Shown here piece after piece: positions 13,420 to 24,839 of a stretch of 64,000 bases of DNA. The first letter of the stretch is position 1; each line of letters opens with the position of its first letter. The stretch comes from the human T2T-CHM13v2.0 reference genome, Homo sapiens: the NCBI RefSeq assembly GCF_009914755.1, contig NC_060927.1; one strand, written 5' to 3'. The notes under the pieces are model-generated. The model searched no databases, had not been told where the DNA came from, and worked only from the letters and a program-made list of their open reading frames with translations. Position numbers and translations under genes: made by a program.

Positions 13420-15600
13420 GAAAGCTAAATATACACCCATGGCACAAATTTCAAAATCTAGATGAAATGAATGATTTCCTAGAAAAAAATAAATTATAAA
13501 ACTTCATACAAATGAAGTGGAAATGTTGAATAGAAAACCACCATAGAAGAGACTGAGAATGTGATAGGAAATCTCCCCTTGAATAAGGCACCAGAGCCAG
13601 GTAGGATCAATAAACAAATCATTCTAGTGCTATTTAAACTATGTCAACCTACATAAAAAGGGAAAATTTTCCTATTCATTATAACAAGTCAGCAGCTCTA
13701 ACACCCAAATTGTATAAAAGAAATATAAGAAATCTATACACCAATTTTACTTCTGAATATAGATGTAAAAATTCTAAATAAAACATTAGTGAAACAAATC
13801 AGTAATGTTTCAAAAAATGGTACACTATCAAGCAGGGTTTATTCCAAGAATGAAAAAGTGGCTTAATATCAGGAAAACCTAAGAAATAAAAGCATTATTT
13901 TATTAGCACAAGCTGAAAATGCAGTTAACCAAATTTATCAGTTGTTCTTAATAAAAACTCCAGGAACCAAGGAAAACTACTTAATAAAGATGGTCCACCA
14001 AAATTAACAGCAAGTATTATTTTGAACTACAAAACACTAACATCATTTTAATTAAACCATTAACTACAGAGGGATACTCATTCTCACCATTATTCAATAT
14101 TGTCTTGGAAGTTGTAGTGAATGCAATGAAATAAGAACATGGAATAATTTCTATAAGCATTGTGATATGGTTTGGCTCTGTCCCCACCCAAATCTCATCT
14201 TGAATTATAGCTCTCATAATTCCCACGTGTTGTGGGAGGGACCCAGAGGGAGATAATGGAATCATGGGGTGGTTTCCCCCATTCTGTTCTCATGGTAGTG
14301 AATAAGTCTCATGAGAGCTGATGGTTTTATAAGGGGAAACCCCTTTCACTGGGTTCTCATTCTTCTCTTGTCTGTCGCCATGTGAGATAAGCCTTTCACC
14401 ATCTGCCATGATTGTGAGACCTCCCCAGCCATGTGGAACTGTGAGTCCATTAAACCTATTTCTTTTGTAAATTTCCCAGTCTTGGGTATGTCTTTATCAG
14501 CAGCATGAAAATGGACTAATAAATATTGGAGGCAAAGATAAAATAACCTCTGCTCAGAATGATACAATTATATATAGAAAACCAATAACCTATTAAGGAG
14601 GCAACACCGTAGAGACAGAGAGCAAATCAGTGCTTGTCTAGACTGGAGTTGGGAATGAGGAAATGCAAACTGGATTGGAGTGATGTTTGTGTAACTCTGT
14701 AAATTTACTGAAAGTTATAAGTTGTACATTTTAAATGAGTACATTTTTTAGTAGGTAAATTATGCCTCAATAAACTTGTTATAAAAATCTTCTGGGTGGA
14801 ATAAGAAAATTTAAGATGGATGAATGTGATATTAAATAAAACTACTCTTTTTCTTAAAAAGTTTCAAAAATTTAGGAATGTACTTATAAGAAAAGTATAG
14901 AAACTATAAAGAAAATTAATAAACCTTATTGAAAGGCATAAAGCAAGAACCGAACTAATAGAAAACAACCATAATCTTGAATGGAAAAACTGAATAGCAT
15001 CAAAATGCCAATTGTTCTAAAATTAATATTAAAAATCAGTGCAATTCTAGCAAGAATCCCAACAACATTTTTCTCTCCATTGGTTAAGATGATCTTAAAG
15101 TTTATGGGGAAAAACAGATACCAAGGATGGCAAATGAAAGTTATAAAATAGATCAATAACAATGAGAAGATTTGCCTAACTAGGAACAAAAGCATAGGGT
15201 AAAACCGTAGTCATTGAGACAATATGGCCTTAATGTAGGAAGAGACAAATGGGTCAATGAAACAGCAAGTAAGATCCTAATATACATACATATATATGTG
15301 TATGTGTGTATACACAGACGTAGAATTTTCACATATGACAGAGATCGTTGTTCAATTTTGTGGGAAAATGGGAAATTGTTTAATGAACGGTACTGGCACA
15401 ACCAGCTGTCCATTTGCAAAACAATTACATTGGACTCTCATCTTATACCATATACAAAATTAAATTCCAAATATACTAATGACTTAAACTTAAGAAGCAA
15501 AATAATGGAAATACTGCAAGAAAAAATCTATAAGATTACATGACCACCCTAGAGGGCAAGAAAGAACTTATTAATTAATACTGGAAACCAAGAGGTTAAT
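13420..15600 (+). mobile_element. Old L1 (L1ME/MC-type) ORF2 and 3' fragments
   Basis: A-rich degenerate ORF2 (15214-15543 LDSHLIPYTKLNSKY). Confidence 0.7.
14163..14523 (+). mobile_element. THE1A/B solo LTR
   Basis: TGATATGGTTTGGCTCTG...GGACTAATAAA; TSD CATTG / TATTG. Confidence 0.92.
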
Positions 15601-16899
15601 TTTTTTTTTTAAAGAAAAATACCAGAATGAAAGAGTTCCCTGACCCACTTGCAGGATGTACAACAGGGGTGTGGCTCATCTGTTCAGCCGCTGCCACTAC
15701 TCAGACCCCTTACAGGAGGGGGAGCATGCAGATGGGCAGGTGCAGGAGCCAGGGTGAGTGCTTTTGGGCTTAAGACCCACAGTGGCATCTAGGGATGTTT
15801 GCCTAGACATGTGGAGTGACTCTCAAAGCCCCAGTGGGCATGGTACAGTGCTCTTTTAGCCCTACTGTCTGCAGACAGCTTAAGTGTTAACCAGCTCAGT
15901 GCCTTCTTGGTACCCAGGTCCTTGTCCAGCATCTAGGAAGAATCAGGTCACACATGGACTTGAAGGATGGTGAATGTGGGGATTTTACTGGGTGATGGAG
16001 GTGGCTCTCAGTGGGATGGATAGGAAGCTGGAGAGGGGATGAAGTGGGAAGATGATCTTCCCCTGGAGTTTGGCCGTCCAGTGGCTGATCTTCTCTCTGA
16101 CAGTCCCCAGCTGAACTCTAGATGTTCAGATGCTCCTTCTCTTCTCTCCTTCTCTGCCTCACTGTTCTGCCACTTTTCTGCTCTTCTTTTCATCTGCTCT
16201 TGGAGTCCAGAGTTTAGGGTTTATATGGCTACCAGATAGGGGGACATGGCAGGCCAAAAGGCAACTTTTGGGCATGAAAACAGGGCTGCCTGTTCCCATT
16301 TAGGGCCTCGGGTTTCTAGGCTTGAGGGTAGGGCCTTTGCTGGGGAGCCGCCCTCTTCTACCCAGTATTTCCCTGTCGCCTGTCCATATCACCTCCCCCC
16401 CTCTCAAGAGGCATATCTAACTGCCCTTAGAATATGGATGACGACCAGTCTTAGCTACTTCCTGCTGACAAGGGGCATTGTTTGGAGAAAATGACAGTCT
16501 GAGTCCTTCCAGAGGTCTATGTAAGGGTCCCCAGCAAAAGGAAGCCATTGTCCGAGGCTTCGGTTGCCTGACCATTTGGAGTTTTGATTGCCTTTAGGTG
16601 AGAGAGGATAAAAACAAGTTTCATAAGGTTAAGTATACATGGGTTAAACATGTGTGTTATACAAGGAGAAAATCTAGTACCAAAGATTACAGAAATAAGA
16701 AGTGAAATATACTAACAACATTGTACCCCAATCTGTCTCACCCTGGTGAAAGAAATTAAACCTTGTAAGGGAGCAGTTAAACTTTATGAGAGAGCTAACT
16801 GTTCTCACCACGTCTGTAGCAGTTAACAGGTGCACCTTGGGAATTATGGGGTTTGTGGGCTTGCATGGTGTCCATTAAAGCTTCTGTCTCTTTCCTGTG

Positions 16900-18095
16900 T
16901 CTCCCTACCTCCATTGTAAAAAACCGAGGTGGCAACTTTCAGGAGGTCCTCTAAAGTACTATCTGGTCCCAGGGCCAGTTTCTGCAACTTCCTCCTAATA
17001 TCAGGGGCTGCTTGAGTAATAAGTGTCTCCTTTGGGATTAGTTGTCCCTCGATGGAATCAGGAGATAGAGAGGTATGCCTTAACTAAGGCCCTATTAGCT
17101 TCTCCAAGAAGGCAGTGGGATTTTCATTAAATCCATGGTCTATCATGGATAGTTTGCTATAATTGAAAGGCTTGGTCCTAGTCCTATGTAAGCCCTCCAT
17201 TATGCACACCTGAAAGTATCTCCTCTTCCAGCCTCCATCTCATCACTGGGAGCCCAACCAGGGTCAGTCACTGGTGCTGCTTCTCTTCCAGTTGGATAAA
17301 TGTCGTCCCCTTCGCTGAGCTATATGTGATACAAAGCTCATCCCCAAATCTCTCTGCGGCTTGCAGAGCAGCCTGCTTCTCAGTGTCCATCAGGATCTGA
17401 TTCTAAAGTAACACATGTCTCTCCAGGAGAGTTCAAATATTTGGGTGAAATTGTGGAAAGCCTCTATATATCTGTCAGGGTTATCTGAAAACTTGCCAAG
17501 ATCCTCCTTAATTGACTTAAGTTCTGTAGAGAGAAGGGGACTTGGACCTTACTGGGGCCAAATTCACCAGGCATCTGTTGGAGGGGCAAGAGTGAGACTG
17601 GGGCTTGTCTGGGGTGAGGATTTCTAGGACTGGGTAAGTGAGAGACTGAAGCTGGATAGGGAGATCAGGGTGGACCCAGAGGAGCAGGGTTGGAGGGAGC
17701 TGGCTCCTCTGCTGGGGGTGCCTCTGGGATTCGTTTCTTTAGTTACCTGGGATTGTTTCTTGCAGCCTCTCCTGAGATGGCAAACAGGAGGTCTGGATCA
17801 ATCCTACAGTGTCGGCAAATGTCTGGATTACCCTGCAAGGTAAAGAAAGCCTGCACATATGGGGCCTCAGACCATCTGTCCTCATATCTACAGAAAAGAT
17901 CCAACTGCTGGATGGTATTGAAATGAATTGTTCCTTCCTGAAGCCAAGCCATCCTTCACAATTTGGCCAAACCTTTGTGCAGAGGGCTATGAGGCATTTT
18001 TCTTCCAGACTCTGAGGGTCAAAGCAGTCCCAGTGGTTGAGGATGCACTCCAGAGGAGTATAAGCTGGGGGTGGTAAAAAGAGCTGGTTGCCTAT
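16900..18095 (-). pseudogene. gag: Degenerate retroviral gag (MA and CA) of the HUERS-P-type provirus
   Basis: Start mutated (ATA-GGC-AAC for MGN); MA-like TPLECILNHWDCFDPQ and [13 protein letters not shown]; CA-like IKEDLGKFSDNPDRYIEAF; MHR-like HGFNENPTAFLEKL; frameshifted. Confidence 0.85.
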
Positions 18096-18526
18096 TCTGA
18101 AAGACAGGGAAATAGAGGCATCCCTCATTTCCCTTTTTACTTCCAATGAAAACTTAGGATGTGATGGAGAGAAAGCAGGGCATCCCCGCTTTCCCTTCTG
18201 TCTTCTTATCCCTGAGTTCTGGCAACCTTAGACAGATGCCACCCATGGATGCTATTGTGGCCTGCACCTGTGAAGCAGGGAGGGCCTAGAGAACAGGAAT
18301 TATCCATCCTCATCTACGTCTCTATCCCCGCTACTGTCAGCAACCTTTGGGTTCCTTGGGTCGCATCTATGCCCTGGACCATGGCCTCCTTCCATGAAGC
18401 AGGGCTTTAGTCAACAGGAATTTGCCCCTGCCCATTTACATTGTGCCTGTTGCCTGGCTTTGGATCCCTCAGATCTGGTTTTCCTTTCTAGGGCCTCAGC
18501 CTGAAGCTTGGAACTGAGTTTGAGAC

Positions 18527-18566
<40 letters not shown>

Positions 18567-19453
18567 AGAAGAAGAAGAAAGTATTTCAGGGGCCTGCGTG
18601 TATCTGTTTAGATTGTCTCAAAAGGGCCTTGCCAGATTTGCAGTTATCAGCCAGCAGGGGTCGCTTCCTCGTTGTTTTTCCTAGCATAAGCAGAGGGCTA
18701 GGGCTGGAAAAGAATCCTTTTGCCAGAAAAGGAGGAAAAAAAAAAGCTTAAGGGGCAAAAGATGGGGGGTGGGGGGGTCCTGGGGGAAGAACCTCTTGCT
18801 TTGTGAAAATGGATTCCTTTAATTATTGTGTCTTTCCCCCAGTTCAGACCAGTGAGGATCCTTCAGCCACTGGGGGAAAGGCTCTGCTGACACAGCAACA
18901 GCGAGCAGGGGGCGCCAGCCAGCCAGCTGGCCGTGCAGTGTTCCAGCGGCAGGCGTAGTTTTCTCCCACCTCTCATGGACATTGAGTGCACCTTGTGTAT
19001 GCTATGGACATGCCCAGCCGCTGGAGATGGGAGGGGAGGGGGTAAGAAGGGAAGCCACTGTGCCGTGACCCTGAGGCCATTGAGGTGGGGTTTGGTGTCT
19101 CACCAAACGGAAGCCACATTGTTCTGAATTGCACCTCTGATGGCTAGGCCAAATGCTCATTCTGTTTAACATCATTGCTGCAGTCTGTAGCAAAACCCTT
19201 AACGTTACAAAGGAAGAGATAGAGCCACTTCAAACCGTGAAAGGAGAAGAGATACCACAGTTAAGTCCGCCTGTCTTGGCCAACGGAGTTCAGTCTTTGG
19301 GCTTTCCAGCAACAAAAGATGCCTTCAGTTGCCCCAGGGTTTTACTCCAGTCCCCGGCAACAGCTAGATCTCCATGAAGGGAAACAGCCAATATTTTTTT
19401 TACTTGCAGGAAAGGGAGGGATGACAGCTCCACATCTGTGTTCACCCTTGTGG

Positions 19454-19471
19454 ATCCCAGGTGAGACTCCA
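19454..19471 (-). other. Primer-binding site, tRNA-Pro type
   Basis: TGGAGTCTCACCTGGGAT vs TGGGGGCTCGTCCGGGAT (13/18), 2 nt from the LTR end. Confidence 0.7.
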
Positions 19472-19709
19472 GATGAAATGGGAGAGTTCTCTGACCCCCT
19501 CACAGGACATGTGACAGGAGTGTGGCTAGTCTGTTCAGCCTCCACCACTGCTGAAACACCTTATGGGAGGGGGAGCATGCAGATGGGCAAGCGCAGGTGC
19601 CAGGGCCAGCGCTTTTGGGCTTCAACCCCATGGTGGCATCTAGGGGTGTGTGTCTGTGACTCCTGAAGCCCCAGTGTGTGTGCTCCAGTGCTCTTTTAGC
19701 TCTGCTGTC

Positions 19710-20150
19710 TGTCAGGCCTCTGAGCCCAAGCTAAGCCATCAGATCCCCTGTGACCTGCACGTATACATCCAGACGGCCTGAAGCAACTGAAGAACCACAA
19801 AAGAAGTGAAAATAGCCAGTTCCTGCCTTAACTGATGACATTCCACCATTGTGATTTGTTCCTGCCCCACCCTAACTGATCAATTGGCCTTGTGACATTC
19901 CTTCTCCTGGGCAACGAGTCTCATGATCTCCCCACCCTGCACCTTGTGAGCCCCGTCCCTGCCCACAAGAGATAACCACCTTTAACTGTAATTTTCCACT
20001 ACCTACCCAAATCATATAAAACTGTCCCACCCCTATCTCCCTTTGCTGACTTCTTTTTCAGACTCAGTCTGCCTGCACCCAGGTGATTAAAAAGTTTTAT
20101 TGCTCACACAAAGCCTGTTTGGTGGTCTCTTCACATGGACTCTTGTAACA
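19710..20150 (+). mobile_element. HERV-H 5' LTR (LTR7 family, possibly LTR7C)
   Basis: Starts TGTCAGGCCTCTGAGCCCAAGCTAAGCCATC, ends ...GTAACA; TATAAAA 20015-20021; ATTAAA 20086-20091. Confidence 0.93.
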
Positions 20151-21105
20151 TTTGGTGCTGAAAAACCTGGGACAGGGGATCTCCCTCGGGAGATCAATCC
20201 CCTGTCCTTGCCCTCTCTCCGTGAGGAGATCCACCTATGACGTCGGATCCTCAGACCAGCCCAAGGAACATCTCACCAATTTTAAATCAGGTAAGTGGCC
20301 TCTTTTTATTCTCTTCTCCAAGCTTTCTTGCTATCCCTCCACGCTTCAATCTCTCCCTTCCTTAATTTCAGTTCCTTTCCCTTTCTGGTAGAGACAGAGG
20401 AGACACATTTTATCCGTGAACTCAAAACTCCAGTGCCAGTCATGGACTCGGGAAGAGTCTTCCCTTGGTGTCTAATCACTGCGGGGATGCCTGCCTGATT
20501 ATTCACCCATATTTCAGAGGTGTCTGATCACCACGGGGATGCCTGCCATGATCCTTCACCTTGGCGGCAAGTACCACCTCCCCTGGGTGGCAAGTACCAC
20601 CCCCCCGCCCAACCCCATGTCTCTACCCTCTCTTTTCTCTAAACTTACCTTTTTACTATGGGCAACCTTCCACCCTCCATTCCTCCTTCTCCTCCTTTAG
20701 CCTGTGTTCTAAAAAACTTAAAACCTCTTCAACTCTCACCTGACCTAAAACCTAAGTGTCTTATTTTCTTCTGCAACACTGCTTGGCCCCAATACAAACT
20801 TGATAATGGCTCTAAATGGCCAGAAAACAGCATTTTCGATTTCTCCATCCTACAAAACCTAGATAATTTTTGTCAAAAAATGGGCAAACGGTATGAGGGG
20901 CCTTACATCCGGGCATTTTTCACACTTTGTTCCCTCCCTAATCTCTGTTCCCAGTGCGACTCATCCCAAATCTTCCTTCTTTCCCTCCCACCTGTCCCTT
21001 CACTCTCAACCCCAAGCATTGCTGAGTCTTGAATCTTCCTTTTCTACCAACCCGTTTGACTTCTTCCCTCCTCCCCAGACTGCTCCTCCTCAAGTTGCTC
21101 CCCAC
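20151..21105 (+). mobile_element. HERV-H internal 5' part (PBS, leader, start of gag), 3'-deleted
   Basis: HERV-H leader GGGAGATCAATCCCCTGTCC...GAGATCCACCTATGAC; major splice donor CAG|GTAAGT at 20290/20291; stops abruptly where the host LTR resumes. Confidence 0.9.
20658..21032 (+). pseudogene. gag: HERV-H gag matrix (MA) region, open 124-codon frame
   Basis: MGNLPPSIPPSPPLACVLKNLKPLQLSPDLKPKCLIFFCNTAWPQYKLDNGSKWPEN; Gly2 myristoylation position; HERV-H Gag N-terminus. Confidence 0.85.
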
Positions 21106-21346
21106 TTATCTGCCTCTCAGTTCTGCTACTCTTCTGCTCTTCTGTTCATCTGCTCTTGGAGCCCAGGATTTGCGGTTTATATGGGTACAAAATAGACGGG
21201 CACGGCAGTCTGAAAGGCAACTTTTGGGCCAAAAACAGGACTGCCTGTTCCAATTTAGGGCCTCGGGTTTCCAGGCTTGAGGGCGGGGCCCTTGCCAGGG
21301 AGTTGCCTTCTGCCGCCCAGTATTTCCCTGTCTCCTGCCTGTATCA

Positions 21347-22040
21347 ATATTATAAAATACTTTTAAGATGAAAATCATTTCCTGTAGAGTGAAAAATTAC
21401 ATAAAGTCAGCAGATAAATGCTAGGTTTATATTACAGAAAATGAAGCCATATCTGTAAGAGATATGGTGTTTTTCACAAAGTGGTAAGTCTGAACAATCC
21501 CATAGCAGAATGCGTAAAGAATATGAAAAGAAAATTTACAGATGAGCAAATCCAAATGGCCACCAAACATACAAAAAGATGGTTAGATGTATTAGTTGAC
21601 AAGAAAATGAAATGAACAAGATTTTATTTTACATTCATAAACAGTTCAATGCAAGGAGAATAATGCAATCAGACGTTGCTGGTGGAGGTGTGCTGGGTGA
21701 ACATCTTTAGAAAGCAATTGAGCAATATCTGTTAAGCATCTGCCACAATCAGAGGTTGTATAGCTATGGATGTAGATATAGATAATCTTTATTGTAACAT
21801 CACTCATTTGACCTAAATAAATAAATAAATAAACCAACCCAGAATTGTCTATCAGTGGAAGAATGGTTGAAAAATATACAGTATAGCCACACAATGGAAA
21901 TTATACATTCTGAATTAGAGCAGGAGTGACCAGTTGCCCTGGAAGAGTTTCCACAAAGTATTGTTGAGTCAGCAGCAAGATTTTGAGAAGTATATGCAAT
22001 ATGATTCCATTTTTGAAAAAATGAGCAATGATAAGGAAAC
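21347..22040 (+). mobile_element. Old L1ME-type 3' region, continuing the host of the ERV
   Basis: Degenerate L1 3' motifs (CAAATGGCCACCAAACATACAAAAAGATG; TATGATTCCATTT). Confidence 0.6.
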
Positions 22041-22914
22041 TGCATATATGCATATACATATATATATATGAATGGCTCTAGCTCTGTTATTATTTGAGCA
22101 TTGATGAAAATATTATCATGCTCATGGAAACTTGGTTATCATGGATTCTTGAGGAACTGCAATGGATAAAGTGGGGTTGAAATGGGGGAAGGAGTGGGGG
22201 AAATCCAGAAAAAAATTAAAAATAGAGGAAGTAAAAATAATTATATATAATATGCTTGCAATTACACATGTATGAAAAATTATAAATGTGCACATATATA
22301 CTCTTTCACATGGAAATGAAACCAGTTTTCAAAGAAGCATCCTGGAGGATGGAGGACGGTGTCAGCATAGGTTCAGGCTGAAGCTGCAGCTGTTCACGGT
22401 CCAGGCTCCTGTCATCACAGGCATCAAAGTGCACACGGGAAGCCTTGCACAAGCCCCTTGAGGGCCACAGTGTCAATGATCATGTCAACTCAAAATTCAC
22501 CACTTATTCATTAACCTTGGGCCAGCCCAAGAAGGATGCTCAGACATGCCACATTGTCTGTGGGGGCGGCAGTGGGTGGGGTGGAAAGTCTTTTCTTTCC
22601 TCCTCCTTATTTTCTTCATTTTGTTCTTTTAAATGCAACTAGGTGAAAGAATAATCAACCTTTTAAAGAATCTTTGGCCCTCCCTTTCTCTTTCTTTATT
22701 TACCTTAGGGCAAAACAGTTTGTTGCAGAGAAACAATTAGAAATCTCCAGTAGGGATTTTGAAATTCAAACCCTCCTGTTGACGTTTGTACAATGGATAA
22801 AGAGGACAAGGTATGCACTGACATGGAAACACACACTCCACATGTTGATAAGTTTAAAAAAATCAGGTGGCATAACAGTATGTATATAGAGTAATTTGAG
22901 GATAAACGCAGACA

Positions 22915-23645
22915 TTTTTCCTTGTCTTGCCCAAATTCCTATCTAAGGGGCTTGGGGAGTCATGCCCCACAAACAATAAAGCCTCATCCGAGGGGATTTA
23001 GTTAACCCCCTATAACACGGCTTACTTTCCAACCCGACTCTGGCATAACATCACATGACAGATAAAGAAGGAAATCAAAATATTTTAACCCCAAATATGT
23101 TTATTTGCCATATCTTGAAATTGCCCTGCAAAGTTGCCTCTTGTGGGGAAAAATCTACATTCTGTACAGAATCCCCTTTCCCTTCTCTGGGCCTTTTTCC
23201 TGATCTAGGAGACAATCAACTAAGAGTCTGACATCTTTTTAAATCTGTAAGAAACATGTACAATCTATTTTCTCTGAAGCCTGCTACTTGGAGGCCTCAT
23301 CTGCATAATAAGAAACTTGTTCTCCACAATACCTTTCTATTGATTCCAGGTCTTTGGATAAACTCTTTCAACCAGTTGTCAATCAGATAATATTTGAATC
23401 TGCCTATAACCTTAAACCTCCTGCCCACTTCCAGTTGTCCCACCTTTCCACACAGAACCAATGTACATCATACATGTATAGATTGATGTCTTATATCCCC
23501 CTAAAATGTATAAAAACTAGTTGTGGCCCAACCCCCATGGGCACATGTTCTCAGGGTCTCCTGAGGGCTGCCTCATGGGCCATGGTCACTCAGATTTGGC
23601 TCAGAATAAATATATTCAAATATTTTACAGCATTTGATTCTTATT
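22915..23645 (+). mobile_element. MER4-group LTR (MER4D/E-like), partial
   Basis: CCCAAATTCCTATCTAAGGGG...GGTCACTCAGATTTGGCTCAGAATAAA. Confidence 0.75.
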
Positions 23646-23684
23646 CTTTTTTACAGACAAATTCCATTTTAAATACATTTCCTA

Positions 23685-24420
23685 ACATTTTATTATGAAA
23701 AATTTCAAACCAACAGAAAAGTTAAAAGAATACATCAAATCCCTGTATATCTGTGTATCGCCTACCTCAATAAAATTGTCAAAGTATTGTCATATTTATT
23801 CTCTATCTATCTATGCTTTACAATTTGGTTGTAAATTGCGGACATCATGGTGCTTTGCTCTTAAATACTTAAGTCTGCATCTTCTGAGAATAAAGATCAG
23901 CTCCTACAAGATACAATGTCATTGTCACATCCAATAAAATTAACAATAATTCCATATATCTACTATCCCATTCTTATTTAAATTTCTTCAGTTATCCTAA
24001 GAATGTCTTTTATAGCTTTTTCTTAAAGCAGGATCTAGTCTGTGTTCACACAAAGCATTTGGCTATTAGGCCTTTTGGTCTCTGTTAGTCTAGAATAGTT
24101 GCCTTGCTTTTCTTAAAAAAACAAAAAACAAAAAACAAGTTTTTAATGGCATTGACTTCTTTAAAAGTCCACATCAGTTTTCTTGTAAAATGTTTCACAT
24201 TCTGACTTGACTGACCTTTCTTTAATGAGGTTATTTAACTTGTTCCTATATGCCCTCCCAACCTCCCCTTCTCTCGTAAACTGAAAATTAGGTGTTGGGG
24301 CTTAACTGAGTTCAGTGTAAAAGTTGCCGCACTATCAATAATGCTACTAAGTGTGGACACTCAAGATGGTGGCTAGTAGAGTTCCCCATTCAGAAAGTAC
24401 AATATTCTCTTGTATATCTT
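23685..24420 (-). mobile_element. Old L1 3' UTR (L1MC4/5 or L1ME-like)
   Basis: TTTTATTATGAAAAATTTCAAAC...AGAAAAGTT-type terminus. Confidence 0.6.
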
Positions 24421-24445
24421 GGTAAAGGATACCCAGGCAGGGCAT

Positions 24446-24839
24446 TGGTAAATCAAGTTTAGCCTAAAGCCACTTCCTTACATATTTTAAGTTCAGCCTA
24501 AAGGTTTATCTGTACATGACAAATTATAACCTAAATGGAGGTGTAGATAGACTATAGTCCACTTTTGTGCCAATCACTGAGTTTTGGCCAACCAAAGAAG
24601 GCCAACTGTTCAGACAGTGTTCAAATAAGGCAAATGCCAAGCTATACCAGTCCCGCTGTTTCTGTACCTCATTTCCGTTTTCTATATATCATTTTCCTTT
24701 TTCTGTCCTTCAATCATCTTCTATCTCGTGGCTTCACTGGAGTCTCTGAGCCTACTTGGAAGGCTGCCTGATTCATGAATAATTCTTTGGTCAATTAAAC
24801 TCTATAAAATTTAATTTGGCTAAGGTTTCCCTTTTAACA
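24446..24839 (+). mobile_element. MER57 (A/B-like) 5' LTR
   Basis: TG...AAGTTTAGCCTAAAG...CCAATCACTGAG...ATTAAACTC...TTTTAACA. Confidence 0.88.

Larger units (their letters stand above)
15623..21346 (-). mobile_element. ERV1 provirus of LTR1-family/HUERS-P type: 3' LTR 15623-16391, internal 16392-19473, disrupted 5' LTR 19474-19709 plus ~21106-21346
   Basis: Two homologous LTRs starting TGATA(T/C)...CAGGGAAATACTGGG on the minus strand; polypurine tract next to the 3' LTR; Pro-type PBS; 4-bp TSD ATAC / ATAT; gag relic. Confidence 0.85.
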
